Origin: Trichocoleus sp.
GTDB taxonomy: Bacteria; Cyanobacteriota; Cyanobacteriia; Phormidesmidales; Phormidesmidaceae
DNA: 53,667 bases
Reading direction: 5' to 3'
Assembly (NCBI GenBank): GCA_036702895.1
Contig: DATNQE010000603.1
Coordinates: 1 to 53,667 of the forward strand
The position numbers and the translations under genes are program-made. The notes under the pieces were generated by a model. That model saw nothing but the letters and a program-made list of their open reading frames with translations, did no database searches and was not told the origin of the DNA. This document shows, piece by piece, positions 9,469 to 18,487 of the stretch. Numbering within the stretch: position 1 is the first letter of the stretch; the number at the start of each line of letters is the position of its first letter.

Positions 9469-9883
9469 TTGCCACCTCCGTTTGGCCCTCTACTGAGCCG
9501 ATAGACCACTGAGCGTTGACGGTCAAAGCTGCCTGGTTAGGGCGATACGGGCTGACAGATACCGCTTCGAGCGTCACCCGTGGCTCCCAAGTCTCAACTG
9601 CCAAAACAGCCTCGCGCACCACATGAGGCGTAGCGCGGGGCACTGGGTAGTCGATGTAGGCCCAAACGTCGCTAGCGAAATCGGGCCGGTGAGGGTCAGA
9701 GCCGTAGGGCGTGGCCAGGATGATTTTGATTGCCTGGTCGAGGTCTGCGGCATCTTGCACAGCGCCCTGGCTGCCCACGGCAAAACTCCACCAAACGGCA
9801 TCAATGCCGTTAGCTGCTAGGGTCGAATCGACCTCAGCCTGCTTCCCCTGCCACCAGGCCTCTAGGGCTGCTGCAGTTGACAT
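9461..9883 (-). CDS. Baseplate W / gp25-like protein
   Basis: QAIKIILATPYGSDPHRPDFAS..WEPRV. Confidence 0.9.
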   Translation of the reverse strand: MSTAAALEAWWQGKQAEVDSTLAANGIDAVWWSFAVGSQGAVQDAADLDQAIKIILATPYGSDPHRPDFASDVWAYIDYPVPRATPHVVREAVLAVETWEPRVTLEAVSVSPYRPNQAALTVNAQWSIGSVEGQTEVAIG

Positions 9884-9950
9884 TAGTGGCCACCGATAGC
9901 GGCGTAGACCACCCCAAACATCAGACACAAAACAACAACATCAATCATGG

Positions 9951-10412
9951 CTATTGACCAGAACTAACCAGAGAGTGCCCTGCGTTATCAGTTGCGCCGA
10001 GGACGGCCATCTGCTTGCCATTGATGGCATTGCCGGTGCCGGTGATTTTGAGGGTGCCGGAGAGGTCCACATCGCCCTGAATCACGACCTTTCCAGTGAG
10101 AATGTGCAGCTCGGTGGCGCTGCTGGCCGGAGGTGGATCGGCCTCGGAATAGCAGCCGCCCAAAATCACCCCGCCCTCGCCTTTCTCATCAAGCAGGCAG
10201 CACACCAGCTCACCCACCGAGGGCATCCAGTAGGCCTGGTTTGCCCCGGCGCGAAACTGCAGCACGGGCAACCAGTAGCTTTCCATGCCCAGCTCGGCCA
10301 CATTCACCCGCGCCACGCATTTGCTCGGGTCAGTGGCGCTGATACGGCCAAAATGTAGGCTTACAACGCCCTTGCTGCTGTTGTTTTGTTTGGCTCTGCT
10401 GGTGGCTGTCAT
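9951..10412 (-). CDS. Baseplate spike protein V
   Basis: ARV..ESYWLPV..YWMPSVGELV.CL..GVILG..YS. Confidence 0.9.
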   Translation of the reverse strand: MTATSRAKQNNSSKGVVSLHFGRISATDPSKCVARVNVAELGMESYWLPVLQFRAGANQAYWMPSVGELVCCLLDEKGEGGVILGGCYSEADPPPASSATELHILTGKVVIQGDVDLSGTLKITGTGNAINGKQMAVLGATDNAGHSLVSSGQ

Positions 10413-10435
10413 GCGGCCCTCGGTGCGACAGCCTC

Positions 10436-10444
10436 AGCGTTCCC
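10436..10444 (-). promoter_or_regulatory. Late-promoter-like box GGGAACGCT upstream of the baseplate operon
   Basis: Minus strand GGGAACGCTGAGG, first G 32 nt before the gpV ATG. Confidence 0.7.
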
Positions 10445-10448
10445 AGCC

Positions 10449-10457
10449 GGGAAACCT
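10449..10457 (+). promoter_or_regulatory. Variant box GGGAAACCT upstream of the XerC-like recombinase
   Basis: GGGAAACCTGGGGG, 15 nt before ATG 10464; back-to-back with the gpV box. Confidence 0.5.
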
Positions 10458-10463
10458 GGGGGC

Positions 10464-11336
10464 ATGGAAAACTTAGCGATCGCACCCCACTACCCCGGCG
10501 AGCTGGTGCCCCAGCAGGCCCACTCCGATGACCACCTGATTGAGCTTTGGCTGGCAGGCTTTGAGTCCGCCGCGACCCAAAAGGCCTACACCAGAGCCAT
10601 TACCCGGCTGCGCCGATGGCTCGGGCCTGTGGGGCTGCGCCAGGTCACAGCCGCCGACCTAGTGGAGTACCGCCAGGGCTTTAAAGCCAGCTGGAGCGAT
10701 GCCACGGCAAACCAGCAGCTGGCTGCCATCAAAAGCCTGTGGAGCTTTGGCTGCGACCTGCGCTACCTACCCTTCAACGTCCCCCACGCGGTCTACAAGC
10801 TCAAAAAGCCCAAGCCCGTGACAGCTGAGCGAATCCTGACCGAGAAGGAGATGCTCAAAGCCATCAAACTGGAACCCGACCCAGAAGCCCAAATCTTTTT
10901 GCGATTTTTGTACGGAACTGGGGTGAGAGCAAATGAGGCTATAAGCCTGCGCTGGTGTGACTTTCAGCCTCGGGGGAATCGTGTTTTTTTGCAGATTCAC
11001 AATGCCAAAGGTGGGCAGTTTCGAGAAATTGGCTGTCCCCCAAAACTTCACCGGGATCTGCTGGCACGCAAAAGCCCCACTGCAAGCAGCTCTGAGCTGA
11101 TTTTTGGGGTGCCCTATATTCGCGCCTACAGGTGGATCAAAACTGCCCTCACTCGCATCGGCAAACCCGAGGCCTCTCCCCACTGGGCAAGGCACGCCCA
11201 TGCAGTAATCAGTCATGAGCACGGAGCGGATTGGCACGCGATCGCGCGCCAGCTGGGCCACAAGCGCCCCTCGTTCACGATGGACCGCTACGGCCACTTC
11301 ACCGGAAAGCCCAGCTCAGACTATATCGACTGCTAA
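10464..11336 (+). CDS. XerC/D-like tyrosine recombinase (no arm domain)
   Basis: SAM-like N-terminus; GVRANE, AKGG, HWARH, LGH, DRY catalytic residues intact. Confidence 0.9.
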   Translation: MENLAIAPHYPGELVPQQAHSDDHLIELWLAGFESAATQKAYTRAITRLRRWLGPVGLRQVTAADLVEYRQGFKASWSDATANQQLAAIKSLWSFGCDLRYLPFNVPHAVYKLKKPKPVTAERILTEKEMLKAIKLEPDPEAQIFLRFLYGTGVRANEAISLRWCDFQPRGNRVFLQIHNAKGGQFREIGCPPKLHRDLLARKSPTASSSELIFGVPYIRAYRWIKTALTRIGKPEASPHWARHAHAVISHEHGADWHAIARQLGHKRPSFTMDRYGHFTGKPSSDYIDC

Positions 11337-11483
11337 AGCGCTGGAAGCTTTGCCAGCAGAGGCTTTAAGCCTCCCTAGCCTTGATAAGATAATTACCCTT
11401 AATTTGCATTAGTTTGTGGGGTGCGTGCCGTTCCTGATCGCCCGTGCTATAAGGGCTTCAGCGTTTAGACTTTTGGAACCCAA

Positions 11484-11834
11484 ATGAACAAGGGCGATTT
11501 GGTCGATAAGGTTGCCGAAAAGGCATCGGTCACCAAGAAGGATGCCGACGCAGCTCTCACTGCCGTCATCGACTCAATCATGGAGGCGGTTGCAGGCGGC
11601 GAAAAGGTCACCCTGGTAGGGTTTGGCAGTTTTGAGCCTCGCAGCCGCGCCGAGCGGGAAGGCCGCAACCCCAAGACCGGCGAGACCATGAAGATCCCGG
11701 CAGCCACCGTCCCGGCCTTTAGCGCTGGCAAATTGTTCAAGGAGCGGGTACACCCACCAGGCTCAGCTGCAGTCGAGCCTGAACCTGAACTTGCAGCAGC
11801 TGCTCCAGCCAAAGGCGGCAAAGCCAAAAAGTAA
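11484..11834 (+). CDS. hup: HU DNA-binding protein with Pro/Ala/Lys C-terminal tail
   Basis: MNKGDLVDKVAEKA..VTLVGFGSFE.R.RAEREGRNPKTGE..IPA..VPAFSAGKLFKE. Confidence 0.97.
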   Translation: MNKGDLVDKVAEKASVTKKDADAALTAVIDSIMEAVAGGEKVTLVGFGSFEPRSRAEREGRNPKTGETMKIPAATVPAFSAGKLFKERVHPPGSAAVEPEPELAAAAPAKGGKAKK

Positions 11835-11863
11835 CTCCTGTGACTGCGCTCTCTAGTTGCTCC

Positions 11864-11888
11864 CCCCGCCAGCTTTCGGCGGGGTTTT
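11864..11888 (+). terminator. Intrinsic terminator after HU
   Basis: CCCCGCC-7nt-GGCGGGG-TTTT between convergent genes. Confidence 0.65.
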
Positions 11889-12069
11889 ATTTGCTGAGAC
11901 GGTACCCAACCCCCTCCCGAGCGCTAGGAAACAGATCCCCTGCATTGAGGTAGACCCTCGCTCCAGTTAGATTTGACCAGTCGCTACCTACGCTCACAAT
12001 CTCGTACCACCCTGAAATATCGGCAGTCTCGCCAGGCTTATTGATTTTGTTCTGCAGTCGCTTTGGCAT
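11887..12069 (-). CDS. YjzC-like small protein
   Basis: KPGETADISGWYEIV..G..GDLFP pattern. Confidence 0.6.
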   Translation of the reverse strand: MPKRLQNKINKPGETADISGWYEIVSVGSDWSNLTGARVYLNAGDLFPSAREGVGYRLSK

Positions 12070-12117
12070 AGGACTATTGCTTGAGAAGACAACTTCATCG
12101 TCTTCTCAACTTCTGGC

Positions 12118-12510
12118 CTAAACAGCTGGTTGCTGAGATCCCAATTTTCCAAGCTGGTGACTTTGGCTCAAGTAGGCTCGTAGTGCAGCTTCCACCACAT
12201 CCACCTGGTTGCACCTGTCAGAGTTGGCCCGCTCCTCAATCCCCTTCACCAGATCAGCGGGCAGCCGGTACTTGCGCTCCACCTTCGGCTCATCGCCCTG
12301 CTGGCGGCCAGGCTTAGCAATCACGTAATAGTTCCGGCGCTGGTGGATGACGGTGCCCTTCCAATTGTCCTGTTTGACCGTCATTTGAGGCTTGGTTCTG
12401 CTGATAAAAACTGCCTTGCCAAAAACCTGTTGAAACCACTCCTCCTGAGTTACCGCTTTGAGGTCGGAAAAGTCGGTTTCTTTAGGGGCTTTAATTTCTA
12501 ATCGGGTCAC
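12118..12510 (-). CDS. Protein with C-terminal ribbon-helix-helix-like domain
   Basis: KYRLPADLVKGIEERA..QVDVVEAALRAYL; AGGAG upstream. Confidence 0.6.
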   Translation of the reverse strand: MTRLEIKAPKETDFSDLKAVTQEEWFQQVFGKAVFISRTKPQMTVKQDNWKGTVIHQRRNYYVIAKPGRQQGDEPKVERKYRLPADLVKGIEERANSDRCNQVDVVEAALRAYLSQSHQLGKLGSQQPAV

Positions 12511-12550
12511 GTTTTAACTCTCCTAATGGGTCCACAATAGCGCTGTGCAT

Positions 12551-12559
12551 AGTGTTCCC
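12551..12559 (-). promoter_or_regulatory. Box GGGAACACT upstream of the RHH/YjzC genes
   Basis: Minus strand 9-mer, 49 nt before start 12510. Confidence 0.5.
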
Positions 12560-12691
12560 CTTGCGGTGATTGCAACAGGGGAAAACCCCAAATTGCACTA
12601 TTCAAAACCCCTCTCACGTTCGTAGACTTTTGGGTTTTGGCAAACAGAGAAATCCGCGAATCTACTGATAAATAACGGCTCTGGCGATTCT

Positions 12692-12700
12692 GGGAACTCT
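12692..12700 (+). promoter_or_regulatory. Box GGGAACTCT upstream of the terminase genes
   Basis: GGGAACTCTGGGGG, 34 nt before ATG 12726. Confidence 0.75.
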
Positions 12701-12725
12701 GGGGGCGAGCTAAAGAAATGTTGCT

Positions 12726-13328
12726 ATGCGTGCCCCAAAGACGAAACGAACCCAAGGCAAAAAAGCCCCTCAAGCTGTCATTAACCGGGGCTATAAACTG
12801 TTTTGCCAACAAGAGACTTTGGCCGCGATCGCAACAGCAGTCGGCTACAGCTCAGAGACTGTCTCGAAGTGGGCCAAAGGCAAATCAGACTCAAACCCAA
12901 GCGGCGACAGGAACGGCCCCTGGAAGCAGCGGCGCATGGAGCTGCTGCTCAAATCCCAGGGGAGCACTGCCCCCACGGCTGAAGCCCCAGCTGCGCCCCG
13001 GCAACGGCCTGAGCAGGTCGTGATGGAGGTGGCCGCCGAGGTGACCAGCAGCAACGTGGTGGACTTCGGGGCAAAGCGCGATCGCAGGTCAATTCTGGAG
13101 GACTGCAAGACTATCAGGCAGGAGCTGAGGCGGGCCGCCGAGAAATGCGTCAACTACGATGACCTGCGCCCTCTGGGCAGCATCGCCTCGGCCTTTGAGA
13201 AAATCGTTCGGCTCGAAATCGAGCTAGACCCTGCCAGCCCCATGGAGTGGGTGAAGGTGGCCGTCGAGCGAGGGTGGTCGGTGCCTGAGCTGGCCGATGC
13301 GATCGTGGCTGAGCGGAGGGTTAGCTAG
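12726..13328 (+). CDS. terS: Putative terminase small subunit
   Basis: N-terminal HTH (TLAAIATAVGYSSETVSKW); immediately upstream of terL. Confidence 0.65.
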   Translation: MRAPKTKRTQGKKAPQAVINRGYKLFCQQETLAAIATAVGYSSETVSKWAKGKSDSNPSGDRNGPWKQRRMELLLKSQGSTAPTAEAPAAPRQRPEQVVMEVAAEVTSSNVVDFGAKRDRRSILEDCKTIRQELRRAAEKCVNYDDLRPLGSIASAFEKIVRLEIELDPASPMEWVKVAVERGWSVPELADAIVAERRVS

Positions 13329-13330
13329 GT

Positions 13331-14785
13331 GTGGCCGTCTTCACCTCCCAAAAACAATGGCGTGAGGCTGAGCAGTGGGCACTAGCCACCAAACGGGCTG
13401 CTGAGACCTCAGACAAGGTGCTGACGTTCCGCGAGTTTGTCGAGCTGGTGATGCCGACCTACCAGTGGTATCGGCACTGCGAAATCCTGGCCGACCTGCT
13501 GCAGGAGGTGGCCGACGATAAGCGCCACCGGCTGATGATCTTCATGCCGCCCCGGCACGGCAAAAGCCAGCTCACCTCTCGCCTCTTCCCTGCCTACTAC
13601 CTCTACCGCCACCCTGAGCGGTTCGTCGGCATCAGCAGCTATGCGGCAGATTTGGCTCACGGCTTCAGCAGAATTTGCCGGGAGAACTACCGCAAGGTGG
13701 GCGGCCTAATCAAAGACGACTCGGGCCAGATCAAACACTGGGAAAGCCCCAAGGGCGGCGGCCTGTGGGCAGCTGGTGTAGGCGGCCCCATCACCGGTAA
13801 GGGCTTCCACCTGGGCCTGATTGACGACCCCTTGAAGAACCACGCCGAGGCCTTCAGTGAGACCATTCGGCGCGGGCAGAAGGAGTGGTATGAATCGACC
13901 TTCTCCACCCGTGAGGAGCCTGGCGGCGCCCAAATCATCATCCTGACCCGATGGCATGAGGACGACCTGGCCGGCTGGCTGCTGGGCCGGGAAACGGGCG
14001 ATGACGAGGAAAGCCCACCGGAGCGCTGGCACGTCGTCAACCTGCCTGCGATCGCAGAAGACGAGGCCATCAAAATCCCCGATACCTGTACCCTGGAGCC
14101 AGACTGGCGGCGGCCAGGTGAGCCGCTCTGCCCCGAGCGCTACTCACTCAAGCGCCTAGCCAAATTCAGGAAGAACCCCTACTTCTGGGCGGCCCTCTTC
14201 CAGCAGCGCCCAAGCCCGCTGGAGGGTGACTACTTCAAGCGCGACTGGTGGCAGTTCTACGAGCAGCCGCCCGCCAAATTCGACCGGGTGATCATCTCGG
14301 GTGACTGCACGTTCAAAGAGACTAGCAGCAGCGACTTTGTGGTGCTCCAGGTGTGGGGCGTGGTGGGCGGCCTGTATTACCTGCTCGACCAGGTGCGCGG
14401 GCGCATGGACATCAACGCCACACTGACCGCAGTGCAGGCCCTCTCAGCCAAGTGGCCCCAGGCCCGCGCCAAATTGATTGAGGACAAAGCCAACGGCCCA
14501 GCGGTGATCGACCTGCTCAAGCGCAAGCTGCCAGGGCTCATCCCAGTTGAGCCTGAGGGCGGCAAGGTGGCGCGTGCGGTGGCTGTGAGCCCCTACGTGC
14601 AGTCGGGCAACTGCTATCTGCCTGAGAAAGCGACCTGGATACTTGACTTCATTGAGGAGTTCGCTGCCTTCCCCAACGGCTCGCACGATGACCAGGTGGA
14701 CTGCCTCACCCAGGCCATCAACTGGTTAGAGACCGAAGCCCGGAGCCACGGCCCTGCACAACGCTCAGGCCGCCGCTTCGCTTAG
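13331..14785 (+). CDS. terL: Terminase large subunit
   Basis: MPPRHGKS Walker A, LIDDP Walker B, TRWHEDDL; nuclease IEDKANG..FPNGSHDDQVD. Confidence 0.96.
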   Translation: MAVFTSQKQWREAEQWALATKRAAETSDKVLTFREFVELVMPTYQWYRHCEILADLLQEVADDKRHRLMIFMPPRHGKSQLTSRLFPAYYLYRHPERFVGISSYAADLAHGFSRICRENYRKVGGLIKDDSGQIKHWESPKGGGLWAAGVGGPITGKGFHLGLIDDPLKNHAEAFSETIRRGQKEWYESTFSTREEPGGAQIIILTRWHEDDLAGWLLGRETGDDEESPPERWHVVNLPAIAEDEAIKIPDTCTLEPDWRRPGEPLCPERYSLKRLAKFRKNPYFWAALFQQRPSPLEGDYFKRDWWQFYEQPPAKFDRVIISGDCTFKETSSSDFVVLQVWGVVGGLYYLLDQVRGRMDINATLTAVQALSAKWPQARAKLIEDKANGPAVIDLLKRKLPGLIPVEPEGGKVARAVAVSPYVQSGNCYLPEKATWILDFIEEFAAFPNGSHDDQVDCLTQAINWLETEARSHGPAQRSGRRFA

Positions 14786-14932
14786 GCATACTACAAGCGG
14801 CCTGGGCTGAATTTGGACTACTGGCCCCGAAGTGGCACATAGGTTTTAGGCGTAATCTGCCGTACTACAGCCACCTCAAAGCAGCATTCCTGCGTTGAGT
14901 AGTTGCGGCACGGGCAGCTAGTCAAGACCTGC

Positions 14933-15448
14933 TTAGGCTGCCTTGACTTTCGCTCTAGCCTTGAAGCTCTCAAAGTCAATCACGCTTGATGATTTCGCTG
15001 TGTTCCAGAGGTCGTCGATTATTTCACTAAATGGAGGCAGCACCGTTAGCATGTACTGTCCTACACCCTTGCCCCCCTTGTTCGCCACACGAAGAACCTT
15101 GGTCATATTGGTGGGAAGGTCATGCCAGTCGGTTGTCACCCAAAACACAGACTCATCAAGAACGATTAGCTGCTTGTCCCTAAGGTGGTCCGTAAAACCG
15201 TTATCGTTCAGGTACTCAACTACTTTCCTGATGCTCTGGAGAGAAGTCTCCTTTCTTAGCTCTCGAATCGTGCGTATCTCTAAAATTTGCTCCCAGCTAA
15301 AAATGACGGTTGGGCGTTTATTACTTCCTATACGAGTAGGTATTACTAGACCGGCTTTCTCTAGATAGAAAAGTTGATTAGGAGTTGCCTTAGTAAGAGC
15401 AAGAGTTTCTTGTCGCGTAAAGCCCTCCACTTGTGGCTGGTGTTTCAT
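14933..15448 (-). CDS. MerR-like HTH regulator (AT-rich moron)
   Basis: FTRQETLALT..QLFYLEKAGLVIP..FSWEQILEIRTIRELR; lower GC, opposite strand. Confidence 0.75.
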   Translation of the reverse strand: MKHQPQVEGFTRQETLALTKATPNQLFYLEKAGLVIPTRIGSNKRPTVIFSWEQILEIRTIRELRKETSLQSIRKVVEYLNDNGFTDHLRDKQLIVLDESVFWVTTDWHDLPTNMTKVLRVANKGGKGVGQYMLTVLPPFSEIIDDLWNTAKSSSVIDFESFKARAKVKAA

Positions 15449-15632
15449 AGCTCGTGCCTAAAATGGAGTGGTATCTGTAGCCAATCTAATATGTATTTCA
15501 GTCAATGTCTTAATACACTGGCTTAATAAAACTTATAACTGAAAACGTTATCCTTTTTCAGTCAAGCTGGGTACTATGAAGGAGCCTGGGCAATAAAGCC
15601 TGGGTTGTTCTCTAGCCTTTAAGGAGGCAAAA

Positions 15633-15797
15633 ATGGCTATTCGCCGCTCTTGCAAAACAACCACCAAGCATGTTCGCGTTGGTGGTCGCTCTGTCCCGGT
15701 GACGATTCGGACTACTACGACTACGCAGACCAGTTCTCGAGGCTCGTCTGTGACCGTTAGCAGCCGGATCGTCAGCAACCGGGTTATTCGCTTCTAG
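15633..15797 (+). CDS. Small basic Thr/Ser/Arg-rich protein (54 aa, absent from the ORF track)
   Basis: AAGGAGG RBS then MAIRRSCKTTTKHVRVGGRSVPVTIRTTTTTQTSSRGSSVTVSSRIVSNRVIRF; followed by hairpins. Confidence 0.55.
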   Translation: MAIRRSCKTTTKHVRVGGRSVPVTIRTTTTTQTSSRGSSVTVSSRIVSNRVIRF

Positions 15798-15832
15798 TAA
15801 GGCTTAGCAATCAGCTAAGTCTTCTTTTTTAG

Positions 15833-15860
15833 GGCTTACTCAGTGGCCACTGAGTAAGCC
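15833..15860. repeat. Perfect 28-bp palindrome
   Basis: GGCTTACTCAGTGGCCACTGAGTAAGCC followed by TTTCTTTT. Confidence 0.85.
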
Positions 15861-15972
15861 TTTCTTTTGAGAGAATACCTGAAAGCGCAGAAAATGCGAC
15901 TCCCCTTTGGTAGCAAATAGCTTGGCCAGTAGGAACCCTCACGGCGATCGCAACCTGCCAAATCCTGGGCCA

Positions 15973-15981
15973 GGGAACTCT
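15973..15981 (+). promoter_or_regulatory. Box GGGAACTCT upstream of portal
   Basis: GGGAACTCTGGGGG, 35 nt before ATG 16008. Confidence 0.75.
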
Positions 15982-16007
15982 GGGGGCACCTGAGCCGCAG
16001 CCCTGCT

Positions 16008-17534
16008 ATGACCTACAGCTTTTCTGAAGAACGCCTCAAAGCCACGCCCGTGCGCGATGGCAAATCGCCCTTTGCTGACAAGGTGAAGGAGGCCGCCGAA
16101 TCCAACCAGCCCGGCCCCCGCACCCCAGGGGCGAAATACCAGGAGATGGAGCGCTACTGGCAGAAGCTGCGCGATGTGCGCGGCGGCACCGAGGCCATGC
16201 GCGACGCGGGCAAAGCCTACCTACCTGAGGAGCCCGACGAAGACCCCGAAACCTACGCCAACCGGTCAGGCAGGGCCACCCTAGCGCCCATCTATGAGTG
16301 GCTGGTAGGGGTGTTCGTCGGCATGATCATGCGCAAACCCGTGCAGCTCCCTGATGACAAGCTGCCTGAGGATGTGAAAAAGCACCTCAAAAACATCGAC
16401 TTGGAGGGCAGCAGCCTCGACCAGTTCGCCAGCGACCTGCTGGAGTCGGCCATCGACCACAGCTACTGCGGCGTGCTGGTGGAGTACCCCAGCGCTGAGG
16501 GCATCACCACCCGCGCCGATGAGCTGAAGGCGGGCCTGCGCCCCTACTGGGTGGCCTACCCAGGCGATCGCATTTTGGACATGCGCTGGCACCAGCAGGG
16601 CAGCGATCGCTACCTCAAGCAGCTGCGGCTGCTGCAGTGCATCTGCGAGCCCGACGGCGACTTTGCTGAGAAGCAGGTTGAGCAGGTAATGGTCTATGAC
16701 AAAACCCCTGAAGGCGTTATCTGGCGGTCGTTTCGGGAGGGCAAAGAGAAGAAGTGGATAGAGCACAAGCAGGGCCGCATCAGCCGCCCAGAAATCCCCT
16801 TTGAGGTGCTCTGGACCAACCGCAAGCAGAAGATCACAAAGCCGCCGATGCTTGAAGCTTTGAACCTCAATATCAGGCACTTTCAGCTATCGGCAGACCT
16901 CGACCACAGCCTCCACATCGCATCGGTGCCCAGGTGGCTATTCTTCGGCACTACGGCTGAGGACTTGGGCGGTGTGGGCTCGGTGTCAGAGGCTATCTGC
17001 ATCCCCAACAGCGAGGCCCGCGCTGAGTGGTCTGTGCCTGATATCGCAGCATTTGAGCCAGTTCGCGATCGCATGGATGCTGTCGAGCGCCAGGCCAAAG
17101 CGATGGGCCTAGCTGCGATGGTGGCCCAGAAGAACGTCGGCGAGTCGGCGGAGGCCAAGCGCCTCGACCGGGGCCAGGGTGACTCACGGCTGGCAGTGCT
17201 GGCCCAGAGCCTGCAGCAGGTGATCGACCGCTGCCTGCAACACCACTACGCCTACATGGGCCAGAAACCCGACCAGGCCCCACCCTGCCAGGTCAACCGC
17301 GACTTCGACGTGGCCACGCTCGACGCCGGAATGTTAGGCGCCCTCACCGGCGCTGCCAATGCCGGTAAGCTCTCAGACCTGACCTATCACGGCCTGCTCA
17401 AGGCGGGTGAGATTGGCCTGCCTGACGACTGGACCCCCGAGCTGGAGGCCGAGCGCCTGGAGCAGCAGCGAGCGCGAGACCTGGCCCGGCCCCCCGTCGC
17501 CAACGGGTTGAAAAACCCGCTCGATTCGCTCTAG
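16008..17534 (+). CDS. Portal protein (DUF4055/SPP1-like)
   Basis: GGTEAMRDAGKAYLP..E..Y..R..RA; NIDLEG; ESAEAKRLD; lies between terL and the scaffold. Confidence 0.9.
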   Translation: MTYSFSEERLKATPVRDGKSPFADKVKEAAESNQPGPRTPGAKYQEMERYWQKLRDVRGGTEAMRDAGKAYLPEEPDEDPETYANRSGRATLAPIYEWLVGVFVGMIMRKPVQLPDDKLPEDVKKHLKNIDLEGSSLDQFASDLLESAIDHSYCGVLVEYPSAEGITTRADELKAGLRPYWVAYPGDRILDMRWHQQGSDRYLKQLRLLQCICEPDGDFAEKQVEQVMVYDKTPEGVIWRSFREGKEKKWIEHKQGRISRPEIPFEVLWTNRKQKITKPPMLEALNLNIRHFQLSADLDHSLHIASVPRWLFFGTTAEDLGGVGSVSEAICIPNSEARAEWSVPDIAAFEPVRDRMDAVERQAKAMGLAAMVAQKNVGESAEAKRLDRGQGDSRLAVLAQSLQQVIDRCLQHHYAYMGQKPDQAPPCQVNRDFDVATLDAGMLGALTGAANAGKLSDLTYHGLLKAGEIGLPDDWTPELEAERLEQQRARDLARPPVANGLKNPLDSL

Positions 17535-17542
17535 GGAACACT
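17534..17542 (+). promoter_or_regulatory. Box GGGAACACT upstream of scaffold
   Basis: Overlaps the portal stop codon; 34 nt before GTG 17568 and 49 nt before ATG 17583. Confidence 0.7.
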
Positions 17543-17582
17543 GCGGCTGTAGCTCTGTGAGCCCCCGGTGGGGAAGGTTTTT

Positions 17583-18335
17583 ATGTTTCAGCTCAAGACC
17601 GAAGGATTTGAGACCGTTGACCAGGTGATTGCTTACCTCAAAGCCGAGGTAGCCCCTGAGATTACGCGCCTGGCAGCTATTGAGGAGACCGAGTTGCCTG
17701 CTGTTAAGCGCAACCGTGATGCCCTCAAGGCCGAGAAAGTGGCGGCCCAGGACAAGCTCACCACCGCTGAGGCGAAGGTGAGCGAGCTGGAAGGTAAAAA
17801 CGCATCCACAGCCGACAAAGACGCCGAGTTCAGCCGCATTCTGGCTGAACAGAAGGCCGATTTTGATAAGCGCCTCAAAGAGATTGAGGACCGTGAGGCG
17901 GTGAAAGAGCAGCAGGCTGCTCAGAACGCTCTGGAGCGAGATGCGATCGCAGAACTGAGCAAGGGCCAGTACCGGGTCAACAACGCGGCCCAGGTGCTCG
18001 CACTCCACAAGGCCAAAGTGCTCGGCGTGAACGGTGATCTTAAGCGTGACGAAGCCACCGGCGAGCTGTACGTTGACCTAGGAGACTACAAGCGGCAGTC
18101 GATTGAGCAATTTGTCGAGTCCGTCGAATCCCGAGCAGAAAACCAGCACCTGTTTAAGCCCAAGGGCGGCAGCGGGTCTGAGACCCCGGCGGGCGCTGGC
18201 AGCACCGGCGGCGGCGGTGGCAGTGGCGCCAATCCCTTTAAGAAAGAGACCTGGAACATGACCGAGCAAACCCGCCTTTTCAGCACCAACCGGCCCCTCT
18301 ACGACCGCTACAAGGCCGAAGCTGGCGCCAAATAG
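17583..18335 (+). CDS. Capsid scaffolding protein
   Basis: Coiled coil, Gly linker, C-terminal NPFKKETWNMTEQTRL; directly precedes the capsid gene. Confidence 0.8.
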   Translation: MFQLKTEGFETVDQVIAYLKAEVAPEITRLAAIEETELPAVKRNRDALKAEKVAAQDKLTTAEAKVSELEGKNASTADKDAEFSRILAEQKADFDKRLKEIEDREAVKEQQAAQNALERDAIAELSKGQYRVNNAAQVLALHKAKVLGVNGDLKRDEATGELYVDLGDYKRQSIEQFVESVESRAENQHLFKPKGGSGSETPAGAGSTGGGGGSGANPFKKETWNMTEQTRLFSTNRPLYDRYKAEAGAK

Positions 18336-18360
18336 ATTTCCATCCCGACAGACCATAGGC

Positions 18361-18393
18361 AGCGCCCCGACTCAAAACCGGGGCGCTTTTTTT
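18361..18393 (+). terminator. Intrinsic terminator after scaffold
   Basis: AGCGCCCCG-loop-CGGGGCGCT followed by a T run. Confidence 0.8.
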
Positions 18394-18394
18394 C

Positions 18395-18403
18395 GGGAAC
18401 GTT
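18395..18403 (+). promoter_or_regulatory. Box GGGAACGTT upstream of major capsid
   Basis: GGGAACGTTGAGG immediately after the terminator. Confidence 0.6.
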
Positions 18404-18487
18404 GAGGTCAGCGTAGGGCAGTGCCCGCGCCATCCGAGGCAGTGCCGACGATGCACAACCCCCCACTGACCTCAACACTTCAGAAAA

